Assembly (NCBI GenBank): GCA_964016885.1
Contig: OZ024754.1
Location: forward strand, 15,872,001 to 15,936,000
Direction: 5' to 3'
Length of the DNA stretch: 64,000 nt
DNA from: Eledone cirrhosa
Lineage: Eukaryota
A program made the position numbers and the translations under genes. Below, in pieces: positions 43,301 to 58,300 of the stretch. Each line of letters begins with the position of its first letter. The stretch's first letter is position 1. Below the pieces are notes generated by a model. The model searched no databases. It was given only the letters and a program-made list of their open reading frames with translations, and was not told the origin of the DNA.

Positions 43301-46300
43301 ACACTACAATGTGCTCCTAGGTATTTAGTACCCTTCCTTAACTCTACAATGTGCTCCTAGGTATTTAGTACCCTTCCTTAACTCTACAATGTGCTCCTAG
43401 GTATTTAGTACCCCTCCTTAACTCTACAATGTGCCCCTAGGTATTTAGTACCCTTCCTTAACACTACAATATGCCCCTAGGTATTTAGTACCCTTCCTTA
43501 ACTCTACAATGTGCTCCTAGGTATTTAGTACCCTTCCTTAACTCTACAATGTGCCCCTAGGTATTTAGTACCCTTCCTTAACACTACAATGTTCCCCTAG
43601 GTATTTAGTACCCTTCCTTAACTCTACAATGTGCTCCTAGGTGTTTAGTACCCTTCCTTAACTCTACAATGTGCCCCTAGGTATTTAGTACCCCTCCTTA
43701 ACTCTACAATGTGTCCCTAGGTATTTAGTACCCTTCCTTAACTCTACAATGTGCCCCTAGGTATTTAGTACCCTTCCTTAACACCACAATGTTCCCCTAG
43801 GTATTTAGTACCCTTCCTTAACTCTACAATGTGCTCCTAGGTATTTAGTACCCTTCCTTAACTCTACAATGTGCCCCTAGGTATTTAGTACCCTTTCTTA
43901 ACTCTACAATGTGCTCCTAGGTATTTAGTACCCTTCCTTAACTCAATAATGTGCTCCTATGTATTTAGTACCCTTCCTTAACTCTACAATGTGCTCCTAG
44001 GTATTTAGTACCCCTCCTTAACTCTACAATGTGCCCCTAGGTATTTAGTACCCTTCCTTAACTCTACAATGTGCTCCTAGGTATTTAGTACCCCTCCTTA
44101 ACTCTACAATGTGCCCCTAAGTATTTAGTACCCTTCCTTAACTCTACAATGTGCTCCTAGGTATTTAGTACCCCTCCTTAACTCTACAATGTGCCCCTAG
44201 GTATTTAGTACCCTTTCTTAACTCTACAATGTGCTCCTAGGTATTTAGTACCCTTCCTTAACTCTACAATGTGCCCCTAGGTATTTAGTACCCTTTCTTA
44301 ACTCTACAATGTGCTCCTAGGTATTTAGTACCCTTCCTTAACTCTACAATGTGCCCCTAGGTATTTAGTACCCTTCCTTAACTCTACAATGTGCCCCTAG
44401 GTATTTAGTACCCTTCCTTAACTCTACAATGTGCTCCTAGGTATTTAGTACCCTTCCTTAACTCTACAATGTGCTCCTAGGTATTTAGTACCCTTCCTTA
44501 ACTCTACAATGTGCCCCTAGGTATTTAGTACCCTTTCTTAACTCTACAATGTGCTCCTAGGTATTTAGTACCCCTCCTTAACTCTACAATGTGCCCCTAG
44601 ATATTTAGTACCCTTCCTTAACTCTACAATGTGCTCCTAGGTATTTAGTACCCTTCCTTAACTCTACAATGTGCTCCTAGGTATTTAGTACCCTTCCTTA
44701 ACTCTACAATGTGCTCCTAGGTATTTAGTACCCTTCCTTAACTCTACAATGTGCTCCTAGGTATTTAGTACCCTTTCTTAACTCTACAATGTGCCCCTAG
44801 GTATTTAGTACCCTTTCTTAACTCTACAATGTGCTCCTAGGTATTTAGTACCCTTCCTTAACTCTACAATGTGCTCCTAGGTATTTAGTACCCCTCCTTA
44901 ACTCTACAATGTGCTCCTAGGTATTTAGTACCCCTCCTTAACTCTACAATGTGCTCCTAGGTATTTAGTACCCTTCCTTAACTCTACAATGTGCTCCTAG
45001 GTATTTAGTACCCCTCCTTAACTCTACAATGTGCTCCTAGGTATTTAGTACCCTTTCTTAACTCTACAATGTGCTCCTAGGTATTTAGTACCTCTCCTTA
45101 ACTCTACAATGTGCCCCTAGATATTTAGTACCCTTCCTTAACTCTACAATGTGCCCCTAGGTATTTAGTACCCCTCCTTAACTCTACAATGTGCTCCTAG
45201 GTATTTAGTACCCCTCCTTAACTCTACAATGTGCTCCTAGGTATTTAGTACCCCTCCTTAACTCTACAATGTGCCCCTAGATATTTAGTACCCTTCCTTA
45301 ACTCTACAATGTGCTCCTAGGTATTTAGTACCCTTCCTTAACTCTACAATGTGCTCCTAGGTATTTAGTACCCCTCCTTAACTCTACAATGTGCTCCTAG
45401 GTATTTAGTACCCTTCCTTAACTCTACAATGTGCTCCTAGGTATTTAGTACCCCTCCTTAACTCTACAATGTGCTCCTAGGTATTTAGTACCCTTTCTTA
45501 ACTCTACAATGTGCTCCTAGGTATTTAGTACCTCTCCTTAACTCTACAATGTGCCCCTAGATATTTAGTACCCTTCCTTAACTCTACAATGTGCCCCTAG
45601 GTATTTAGTACCCCTCCTTAACTCTACAATGTGCTCCTAGGTATTTAGTACCCCTCCTTAACTCTACAATGTGCTCCTAGGTATTTAGTACCCCTCCTTA
45701 ACTCTACAATGTGCCCCTAGATATTTAGTACCCTTCCTTAACTCTACAATGTGCTCCTAGGTATTTAGTACCCTTCCTTAACTCTACAATGTGCTCCTAG
45801 GTATTTAGTACCCTTCCTTAACTCTACAATGTGCTCCTAGGTATTTAGTACCCTTCCTTAACTCTACAATGTGCTCCTAGGTATTTAGTACCCTTTCTTA
45901 ACTCTACAATGTGCCCCTAGGTATTTAGTACCCTTTCTTAACTCTACAATGTGCTCCTAGGTATTTAGTACCCTTCCTTAACTCTACAATGTGCTCCTAG
46001 GTATTTAGTACCCTTTCTTAACTCTACAATGTGCTCCTAGGTATTTAGTACCCTTCCTTAACTCTACAATGTGCTCCTAGGTATTTAGTACCCTTCCTTA
46101 ACTCTACAATGTGCTCCTAGGTATTTAGTACCCTTCCTTAACTCTACAATGTGCTCCTAGGTATTTAGTACCCTTTCTTAACTCTACAATGTGCCCCTAG
46201 GTATTTAGTACCCTTTCTTAACTCTACAATGTGCTCCTAGGTATTTAGTACCCTTCCTTAACTCTACAATGTGCTCCTAGGTATTTAGTACCCTTTCTTA

Positions 46301-49300
46301 ACTCTACAATGTGCTCCTAGGTATTTAGTACCCTTCCTTAACTCTACAATGTGCTCCTAGGTATTTAGTACCCTTCCTTAACTCTACAATGTGCTCCTAG
46401 GTATTTAGTACCCTTCCTTAACTCTACAATGTGCTCCTAGGTATTTAGTACCCTTCCTTAACTCTACAATGTGCTCCTAGGTATTTAGTACCCTTTCTTA
46501 ACTCTACAATGTGCCCCTAGGTATTTAGTACCCTTTCTTAACTCTACAATGTGCTCCTAGGTATTTAGTACCCTTCCTTAACTCTACAATGTGCTCCTAG
46601 GTATTTAGTACCCTTTCTTAACTCTACAATGTGCTCCTAGGTATTTAGTACCCTTCCTTAACTCTACAATGTGCTCCTAGGTATTTAGTACCCTTCCTTA
46701 ACTCTACAATGTGCTCCTAGGTATTTAGTACTCTTCCTTAACTCTACAATGTTCCCCTAGGTATTTAGTACCCTTCCTTAACTCTACAATATGCCCCTAG
46801 GTATTTAGTACCCCTCCTTAACTTTACAATGTGCTCCTAGGTATTTAGTACCCTTCCTTAACTCTACAATGTGCTCTTGGGTGTTTAATGCACTAGGCTA
46901 TCTCTACCATGTGCACTCAATTCACCAAAATAAAATAATGTTTTTTCATAAGTCCCATTATAATTTTATATAAAAACCTTTATTTGTTACAAACAGCAGC
47001 TTAATAATGGGAAAGTTAGTGATATTACTAAATCCTTCAAAATTCACGATAATTTAAAATATTACTTGAAAACTATAGGCAATGTCTTTCATTAGAAATA
47101 TGGCAATGAAAGAGTTAAATTTATATTTATCTAAAAACTGTCCATCATAATTTTATATAAAAACCTTTTTTAAATTATGTTCCAATGGCCAGCATTTGTG
47201 CCAACCCTATCCTATGATCATGAATCTTGGGTAATCACCGAAAAAATACAAGCAGCCGAAATGGGGTTCCATAGCTTGGAGATCAGAGAGTCACTCCAGG
47301 TAGAGTTGCTACTTCTCCGAACTGAGAGATCACAGCTCTAATACTATGGGCATGTAGTTAGAATGTCTCAGGAAAGAATCACTGGACAGATTTTACGGGC
47401 AAAACCAACCGACAAGAGACCCAGAGGTAGACCCTGAGCAGGATGGTTGGATAACATCCATGAGCTTGGATAGTCATGCTTGGGGATCCAGCCAGATCAT
47501 TTGGAGACAGTTGCTTCTGACAGGACCCACTGGCGGGAATGTTTGAGGACTCTGCCCATGACCCTCTCAGGAATAAGTGGGCAAAGAAGAAGACCAGCTC
47601 TATAACGTGAAAGTTAGTTATATTACTAAATCCCTAAATATTTATAATTTAAAAATTTATTTGAAAGCTATTGGTAATATCTTTCATTATAAATATTGTA
47701 ATAAAAAAGGCTCAGTTGAAAGCCATTTATATATTTGTCTTTTTAAATATTTCAGACAGTCCTTGGGCACCGTTTGACCATTGGCATCTTAAAAGTGAAT
47801 ATAAAAACATCCATAAACGAAAAGAATTAGCCAAAAGGTGAGAAGATTAAACAGGTGTTTCTATTAGAGCAGAAGGGCATTGAGAAGGTCCGGGGAGGGG
47901 GTAGGGATGATGTAATAATATATTAAATATCAAATGATACATATATATAAATATAGTAAAATAAAAAATATATATTTATTTATTTATACATAGTATATAT
48001 TATATTATTTATTATATATAAATTAACGATTTTACTTGTATATTATTTACAATTTACATGTAGGTAGGTCTCTCTGGAAAAATAGGGGGATTATGTAACT
48101 GTGAGGAGAGCGGTGGCCTAAAAGGTTTGAGAACCTCTGTATTAGAACTATAAGGATTTTATATGTTACTGATTTCATCATCATCATCATTACTTAATGT
48201 CCATTTTCCACACTTGCATGTGTTAGGTTGTGATGTTAAGAGACAAGTCAGATCCAGTGACCACGGCTTGCTTATATGGATCTGTATTTTGGCCTGGTTT
48301 CTACAGCTGGATGCCCTTCCTAATGCCAACCATGTTACAGTTTGGACTGGGTGCTTTTTATCATATCACCAACTCAACCACCTTACAGGATGGACTGGGT
48401 GCTTTTCCTCATGTCACCAACATGAACACCTTACAGGATGCACTGGGTGCTTTGTTGTGGCACTGAATCAGCATACAGGGTGGAAGTGCATCCATGCTTC
48501 GTACAGGTCTTCTCCAGCATAGCTTCCCTTTACTTGTGGTGTTCACCATTTTGAGATCAGCTCTCACCATTTCTGCACACGTTTTCCTCAATCTTTCTCT
48601 ACTACAGCTTCTTTCCAATGATGTAATTAAGTAAGATATGAGAATTTGTAAATTAACGGTGTCACTCTTTTAAATTGTTTTAATGTTGGTGTTTCTTTCA
48701 CTACAGGCTCAGTTATCAAATCTCATGGATGGCCATTGGTAACTTTGTCCTGTGCCCTCTTATATTTGGACTGCAGATTATGTATACTTTCTTCAGATAC
48801 ACGGAGGTTTGTTTACTTCATTGTTATTGTTGTTACCAAGAGTGAAGGTGCATGGCTTATTTGTTAGAGCATTAGGCTCACAATCATGAGGTTATCAGTT
48901 AAATTCCTAGACCAGGCAGTGTGTTGTGTCCTCTCAGTTAACTCAGCTACAAAAAATGAGTTGAAATGTCATTGGTATCAAGCCCTGTGCTTTTCTCTTG
49001 GACAACATTGAAGGTGTGGAAGGAGGGGAGACAGTATTGAAGGGCAACTGCCGGTCTTCCACTTTGCCTGGGCTTGTTGTGCCTTTGAGGGAAACATTCT
49101 AGTTGCCAACCCGTGGTCATTCATGACTGATTGGAGCTCACAATATGTCACCCAGTTTTATGTGGATCTCTAAAACATCTTTGATACCAGACATTCTACA
49201 ACCACATCTGGTTCAACGATACAAAGCTGTATATTTTAAAGTGTATATATTTATCTAAAAACACCTTCAGGTCACATCCAGTCTTTCAGAAGGGCACATT

Positions 49301-52300
49301 TTGGTCTTTCAGAAGGGCACATTTTGGTCTTTCAGAAGGGCACATTTTGGTCTTTCAGAAGGGCACATTTTGGTCTTTCAGAAGGGCACATTTTGGTCTT
49401 TCAGAAGGGCACATTTCGTCTTTCAGAAGACTACATTTCGTCTTTCAGAAGACTACATTTGGTCTTTCAGAAGACCACACCTGGTCTTTCAGAAGACCAC
49501 ACCTGGTCTTTCAGAAGACTACATTTCGTCTTTCAGAAGACTACATTTTGTCTTTCAGAAGACTACATTTGGTCTTTCAGAAGACCACACCCAGTCTTTC
49601 AGAAGACCACACCCAGTCTTTCAGAAGACTACATTTAGTCTTTCAGAAGACCACACCCAGTCTTTCAGAAGGCTACATTCAGCCTTACAGGAGGCTACAC
49701 TAGGTCTTACAGTAGGGAGTATTTCCAATAGTGTAACTTCATGTACACAAGTGTCCCATATATGTTAGTGACCAGAGGTTTAAGGTATTTTATGATATTC
49801 ATAAAATGTCTTTAAAAGGTTTCCTCAAAGTTAAATTCTGTTTCTCTTTTTATGTTTATGGTTTTAGATGGTGAAGAGGGATCCTGGTCGATTAGGTCTA
49901 CGAAGATGGTAAGAATTAATATTTATATATTAAAAATAAAAACAATTTGAATATTAAAATATAGTTGCCACGATGCAAATAACTGAATTGATAATTATAA
50001 ATAGTAGAGACAGGGAAAATGTGTACTGAGATAGTTGTTGATGCCGGCGGGGAATATATTTGAACATATTTTGGCTGTAGAAACCAAGCCCAAATCAGTC
50101 TTGTATTAGCAAGACACGGTTATCTGATCTGGCTCGTCACACAACCAGACAACTCATTTAACCCATGTTTGTGTGGGAAAATGGACATTAAATGGGGGTG
50201 ATGACGATAATGATGATGATTTGACATTTGTAGAAATATTTTAGAGCTTGTATGTAGCAGATACATAACAATAGTTATCAACAAGAACACCCATGTAGTA
50301 AATTCTTTCAAATGCTCAGAAGTATTTCTAGAAGTATTTGATTACATTCCATGTTAAATATGGATGTAACATGGCTCAAGAATTAAGAAGTTCACATGAG
50401 TTCTGGAGCTGAATCATACTGAGTGACATCTTAGGCAAGTATCTTTACCATAATTTTGGGTTGACCCAAAGCAGTCCAGCTAAACTTACATAGGGTTGAG
50501 CTGTAAATTTCATTTTAGCTTTAACTCTTAACATCGTCTAATGACATAGTAGAAATCATTCAAAAACAGGTTTGTTAATTAAAATGGCTATAATATCTTT
50601 ACTGGTGGACAGATCATTGTGAAAATTTGCAATAGACTAAAGTAAAGACTTTATTATTTAGTATGATGCAAACATAATGTTATTTTGTACTGTTGAATGT
50701 CTTGTTAATGTGGTTTCTTACAGTACAGGATGTTAAGAATTAATATATGTTTTAGAATTGATTATTGTATTACAAAGGTGTAATTAATTTTACCTTCTCT
50801 TGTAGGTCCAATTACTCTCGATTGTATTTGCGCCATTTTAATGAATTAGATCATGAATTTCAAGTTCGGTAAGTTGTAAAGATATTTCTTATTTAGGTCT
50901 ATTTTTTGTATGTTAATATGGTAGATTGGCCAACATGAGTATTTTTACCTCAGCCATGTTGAAGGTTTCTCTACACTGTGTTATTTTCTGCTCTAGGTTG
51001 AGCCAAGTATATAAACCTGCCCTGACCTACATATGTATTTTTACCTCGGCCATGTTGAAGGTTTCTCTACTCTGTGTTGAACCAGGAATAGAATCCTGCC
51101 CTGGCCTATATGAGTATCTTTACCTTTACTCTCTGTTATTTTTCTTCTGAAGGTTGAGCCGAGGATATAAACCTGCTGTGGCCTACATGAGTATTTTTAC
51201 TTCACCCATGTTCGTATTATTCGCAAAGTAAGTTAAATTGTTCATTTGTAAATGTTCACCAATATCTTTTTAAAATTTCTTTATTGTTATCTGCTCTGTG
51301 AATGTATATGTATGTTTATATTAGTATATGTGTATGTTTATATTAGTATATATGTATGTTTATATTAGTATATATGTATGTTTATATTAGTATATATGTA
51401 TGTTTATATTAGTATATATGTATATATTAGTATGTGTGTATGTTTATATTAGTATGTATGTATGTTTATATTAGTATATATGTATGTTTATATTAGTATA
51501 TATGTATATATTAGTATGTGTGTATGTTTATATTAGTATATATGTATGTTTATATTAGGGTATATGTATGTTTATATTAGGGTATATGTATGTTTATATT
51601 AGGGTATATGTATGTTTATATTAGTATATATGTATGTTTATATTAGTATGTATGTATGTTTATATTAGTATATATGTATGTTTATATTAGTATATATGTA
51701 TGTTTATATTAGTATGTGTGTATGTTTATATTAGTATATATGTATGTTTATATTAGGGTATATGTATGTTTATATTAGGGTATATGTATGTTTATATTAG
51801 GGTATATGTATGTTTATATTAGTATATATGTATGTTTATATTAGTATATATGTATGTTTATATTAGTATATATGTATGTTTATATTAGTATATATGTATG
51901 TTTATATTAGTATGTATGTATGTTTATATTAGTATATATGTATGTTTATATTAGTATATATGTATGTTTATATTAGTATATGTGTATGTTTATATTAGGG
52001 TATATGTATGTTTATATTAGTATATATGTATGTTTATATTAGTATATATGTATGTTTATATTAGTATATATGTATGTTTATATTAGTATGAATGTATGTT
52101 TATATTAGTATATATGTATGTTTATATTAGGGTATATGTATGTTTATATTAGGGTATATATATGTTTATATTAGTATATATGTATGTTTATATTAGTATA
52201 TATGTATGTTTATATTAGGGTATATGTATGTTTATATTAGTATGTATATATGTTTATATTAGTATATATGTATGTTTATATTAGTATATATGTATGTTTA

Positions 52301-55300
52301 TATTAGGGTATATGTATGTTTATATTAGGGTATATGTATGTTTATATTAGGGTATATGTATGTTTATATTAGGGTATATGTATGTTTATATTAGTATGTA
52401 TATATGTTTATATTAGTATATATGTATGTTTATATTAGTATATATGTATGTTTATATTAGGGTATATGTATGTTTATATTAGGGTATATGTATGTTTATA
52501 TTAGTATGTATGTATGTTTATATTAGTATGTATGTATGTTTATATTAGTATGTATGTATGTTTATATTAGTATGTATGTATGTTTATATTAGTATATATG
52601 TATGTTTATATTAGGGTATATGTATGTTTATATTAGGGTATATGTATGTTTATATTAGTATGTATGTATGTTTATATTAGTATGTATGTATGTTTATATT
52701 AGTATGTATGTATGGTTATATTAGTATATATGTATGTTTATATTAGTATATATGTATGTTTATATTAGTATATATGTATGTTTATATTAGGGTATATGTG
52801 AAGACGTGCCGTAGTGATTAGGGTGAAGGAGAAGGCCAAGAAAGATCTGGCTAATGATGACAGGGGAGGAAATGAAAGATGTTGGTGTGGGAGAATGCAG
52901 ATGAAAGAGCAAAATGGAGAAACCTGTCATTAGGTTGGCATGGATAACTCCTACTTTATCAGGGAAACTGGGCTTAAAAGACTTCTTCCTATATTGTAGA
53001 TATGGTTCTCTGTTGTGTGGTGCATTCTTCGCTGTCCTCTTTGCCCTTACCCTCTGTGATTCAGATATTTTAGATGTTGAATATGTACTGGGGTTGTTAA
53101 CATTTTTTGGTAAGTAATTTTATCACCATTATTTATCACTACCACCAGCGTTATCATCATCATCAACAACAATAACATTATTTTAAATTCTACTATTCTG
53201 TGCAGAAATGAGTTTTGGTGGGACTGCAATGCAGCATTATATCTAGGTTATGTTATTTCCTGTTCAAATCCCGCCGAGGTTGACTTTGCCTTTCATCCTT
53301 ACGGGGTCGATAAAATAAAGTACCAGTAATGCACTGGGTAATTGCTGGCCTTGTGCCTAAAGTAGAAACAGTTATTTCCTAACCTGAAGAATTTATGGGG
53401 AAATAACTTTATCTTTGATGATGTGTGGCTTAGTTGTTAGGGTGTTTACTTCACAATTCTAAGGTCATCATCATCCACTGCCCTAACAACAGAGTCATCT
53501 TCTCCTCCTCCCACTTATTCCTGTAAGGGTTATGGGAACAGAGTGCTCAAACACGCCTTGCAGAGGGTCCATCAGAAGCAATGATCTCTAATTGATCCAG
53601 CTGGATCCCCAAGCAAGACAAACAAAATTCATGGAGGTTATCCAGCCATCTTGTTTATGGTCTACCTCTAGGTATACAGCCTGTTGGCTTTGCCCATGAA
53701 ATCTGTCCAGCGATTCTTTCCTTGGACATTCTTACCACATGTCTGTAATATTGGAGTTGGTCAGAGAAAGTTACCAAATTGGTGACTGCTGCAAATAAGA
53801 CCACCAAAAACTGCAATGTGGTCAGATTCAATAAAAGCAATCATACAATCAATTGAAAAAAATAAGTACTGGGGAATACGGATATAAAATGATGATGATG
53901 ATTCAAAGTAAGAAAGATGAATTTTATTGTTATAAGGTAAAGATTATTTTGATTTTCTCATTTTTTTTTCATTTTTCTTCAAACAGGTTTCCTTACTGCA
54001 ACCTTACACAGCATGATTCCTCCTGAGGTATATAAAGTCACTTCTGATTTTTCTACATTAACCTCTTTCATTACTATATTCCTAATGAAAGACACTGCCT
54101 CTGGCTTTCAAATAGTTTTGAAAATAATCTATATTATACATTGTAAGTTAGAATTCTGAAAATATGTTAGCTATTGCAACACAGTTTGTTAATTCAAATA
54201 TTTATAGTATCTTTACATTACTCTATATATACTATTGTATTTTAACAGTAAAGTCTTTACCTCACATAATATCGAGTCTATGCGATTTTAATATTATTTA
54301 TTTTGAGAACAATACCTTAATATAAGTATGAGCGGCCAGTTAGGACTGGTTTGAACAGAAAGAGGTGAGAGAATTCTGGCTGGATATAGCTGGTTTAAAT
54401 GCCAAAGGGTTAAGATAATTTTCAGTAAACTAAAGTAAAGACTTCAATTTTTAATGTTAATTCAGTCAGTGTAGTTTACAAGAATGTCTTACCAATATGA
54501 TTCCATGTGATGCACAAGGTCAAGAATTAATCAAATATAATTTGATTTAAAAAAAACCTGAATTTAAAACTTAGCCTAAAACTAATCAACATTTGCTATG
54601 TTTTACAGCATGAAGTGTACAACCCAGAAATTCTTATGCGAGCCATTCTTAGTCAGATCCATTATATCCCAGACAATTGGAAGTCCAATGCTCATACTAA
54701 CTGGGTCAGGGATGAATTTGCTCAGTTGTTCCAATACCGATTTGTAAGTTTCTTTTCAAATTTTTTAACTATAAAATGTATCCTTCGGTATTGAAGACCC
54801 TGATAATGGAAGTCTGTGTCTGGATGTCTGTGGAAATAGATATCTTTTTTAACGGTTGTCTGTGTCATTAGATCATCTGTGGCAACATCATCATCATCAT
54901 CATCATCATCATTATCACATACATGTGATAATGACTTTCAGTATTGAATGAGGTTCTGGAAAAAATGATGACTAAATGCATATATTTTAATTGATGTGGC
55001 AACGATTGAGGTTCTGAAATAAAGTTGATTCATTACCAGAAGGTCAAATGTACTATTCTTATTTGTATGGAATTTAAGTGTTATTTCTTATATAGTTGAG
55101 GGAGTAGGTACCATAGTCAAGTTTGTAGAAATGACATCCCTGATAAATATATTCATGTTTCTTGGAATGGTAATAAGTCATACACATTATCATTCACCTA
55201 ACTTTCGGAAGGAAATGAAAGGAACCAATCATCAGCTCGGACCAAGGAGACAATGTTCCATAGCTGATACTGTCTGTCAGTCTAACATAACTTGAATATA

Positions 55301-58300
55301 TTTAATATGTCTTTAAAACAATGAACTGATCATCAGATTAGACCAAGGAAATGATGTTCCCATTGATCTTTCTGTGGTTGATATCTGCCGGTTGCAATTC
55401 TTGGCAGAAGGGGGTAGGATTTGAACCCAGAACTCACAGAGTTGGAGCAGATATCAGAAAACATCCTGTCTGATTCTTTGACTGGTACTTTACTTATCTG
55501 CCCACCCCTACCCACCTCTCTTGAAAGGATGAAAGGTAAAGTTGACTGTGACAACCCATCTATGTCAGTGTAGAAAATGAATGTAAAGTGATGTTGACTG
55601 AACTAAGTGATTTTAATTGTTTCATAACCCCCTCCCCAACTCTATTGGTGAGGGGAGGGTAGTAGTTTTAAGTGAATATCCCATCAAAATGTTTATTTTT
55701 TCCTCTAATTTCTAGGTTTATCTTCTTGAGGAACTTCTCAGTCCTATTGTTACACCTATCATCTTGTTCTTCTGGATTCGACCAAAATCTCTTGAGATTG
55801 TCGACTTTATGCGTAACTTCACTGTTGATGTTGTTGGTGTTGGAGATGTTTGTTCTTTTGCTCAAATGGATGTCAAGAAACATGGAAACACTCAGGTTTC
55901 AACAATTTTTCTCTTAATTTTATTTTTATATTTATCTAAAATCCTTCCATCATGATATTATTATATATTGATATATATATTATTATATATTGATACATAT
56001 ATTATTATATATGTAATTTGATTTTACAAATTTGTATAAAACTATGATCCTTTAACCCTTTAGCATTTACATTACTCTATATATACTATTGTATTTTTGC
56101 AGTAAAGGCTTTACCTTGTATCTTACATGGTATCAAATCTATGAGATTTTTATATTATCTATTTTGAGAACAATACCTTAACATCAGTATGAGTGACAGG
56201 TTATGGCCGGATTGATCAGAAGGAGGTGAGAGAATTCTAGCCGTATATGGCCGGTTTAAATGCTAAAAGGTTAAGGTTCAGTAACAAGCCTCTCTGATTT
56301 CTGTGCTCTAGGCAGCCTCTTAGTTCGTCTTAAGGTAGTGCTGGTCCTGCTCTTGATAGACAAACATGCTATCCAAGAGTAAACACCATTTATTATTCTT
56401 GTTTTCTGTTTCTACTTAATATTTTTCAAACATAATCATTTTTCCTAAATATCCTGTATATTTTGTCCCTTCAGTTATTGAATAATGCTAAGAAAGTAGA
56501 AAGAACTCATTATCAACAAGCTGAAGATTCCAAGACAGAATTGTCTCTTATTCATTTCAGAGTAAGTATTTTAGCTTCTATGGTGCTAAAGAGGAGGCTG
56601 AGATTTAGAGGTCATTGCCATCACACCTTAAATGAAACTATGTATCCTTTAGTGCTTTGGAAACCAACATATGTCAAAAGCTAAAGAGATCCCAAGCTCT
56701 CTTATTTGAATGTCATATCAATACCAGAGACTCTGGTATTGATATTCAGGAGATAGGCAATGCAATGAATAATAGAATTGATATGATCAACTAAATCATT
56801 TTAAGGCAGTGTCACAGCATGGCTGCAGTCTAATGACTAAAATTGATATGAACAGAAAAAAAATGAAACCACTGCTAATATTTTTAACAAAGATATAATA
56901 ATCACAAAATCCTAGATCTCTTCTAATTATGTCACTTTGACACTAAGTAAAATGTTAGTATACCAAAACTATTCTTTCTTGGGGTAAACTTGACCTGATT
57001 GAATTTACTTACTGTTATAGCTTATTACACAAACACAACAACCTCCCTAGTGTTGGTGCCATGAAAAATGCACCCAGTACTCTGTTAAGTGGTTGATGTT
57101 ATGAAGAGCAGCCAGCTATAAACATCTTACCAATTGAACGATTAAAAGGACTCTTCATTTGTGTCAAGGGCATGACGACCTCCCAAGTGTTGGTGCCAAG
57201 ATAAAATGCACTCTGTACTAGAGTATATGTAAGCAAAATGTGGCTCCCTCCTGCCAAGAGATCAGTAGTATCAATTAAGTACTGACTCGGTGTGATGACC
57301 TGTCCAACCCTTGCTAGCAGGAAAAACCAAACATTAAATGATGAGAGTGATGATTCTTTATATTATCATCAGCATTTAACATCCATTTTCCTTGCTAGCA
57401 AAGGTTGGGCAGGTGCATTTTATCATGGCACCAGCACTTGGGAAGTTACCGTGCTTCTGACACAACTAAAAGTTCCTCTTGACCTTTCATTTGACAAGTT
57501 TCTGTGGCAGGATGCCTTTCCTATCAGCAACCACTTTACAGAGTGTACTGTGTTTTATCATGTCATTAACACAAGAGAGGTTGCACATTAATCTGTAATA
57601 TTGATGATCCTTATGTTATCCTAAATGTTACCTTATATCTCTTTAGCTGTTGAATAAAAGTATTATTGAACTTCTCTACAATAATTTATATTTGTAATAT
57701 TGTGTTTTCTTTCTATCAACTTCTTTTAGATGACAAATCCTGGATGGAAAATTCCAGATAATGGAAATTCCTTTTTGACAGGCTTTAGGGAGCAAGGTAA
57801 GATTTACAACTTCACTGATCAATGTGATAAGTCTTTGGGTGATTTTATGTTTTCTCTCTGAGTATTCTACAGTCACATCACCTCACTGTTTTTTTCCATT
57901 CTAAATATTGATTTCTTTTCACTAGAAGTGACCAGCAAAGAGCTGGTTGTTAATGCCTCTGTGTGAAGTGCAATGCTGCATTTGCGGACTCACATTCTCT
58001 AGGTTTAGTCTCTGTTCTCATAATAAGTAGCAAAGATTATCTAATTGTTGACAAGATTATATAATGTATAGGTTTTGCTTGATAGCTTAAAATGTTAGTG
58101 TCAGTGTCACAATAAAAAACACTTGATACACTCCATTAAGAATTAATGCTGGTGCTATAATAAAGTGCACCATGTGCACTATGAAATGGGTGTGCTGGTA
58201 CCATGATAAAATACATCCAATACACTCTGTAAAATGTTAATACTGATGTCATGATAAAATGCACCCTGTACACTCTGTGAAATGGTTGTGTTGGTACCAT

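Noticed and set aside
43036-46887. CRISPR-like regular array (also 15526-18860 and 29125-29795)
   Set aside because: Head-to-tail tandem units with no unique spacers, no cas genes, eukaryotic context.
57926-58002. Possible extra ATG9A exon (CACTAG...CTAG/GTTTAG)
   Set aside because: In-frame TGA, weak donor, and exons 18 and 19 already join in phase. It could only be a poison exon, and there is no evidence for that.
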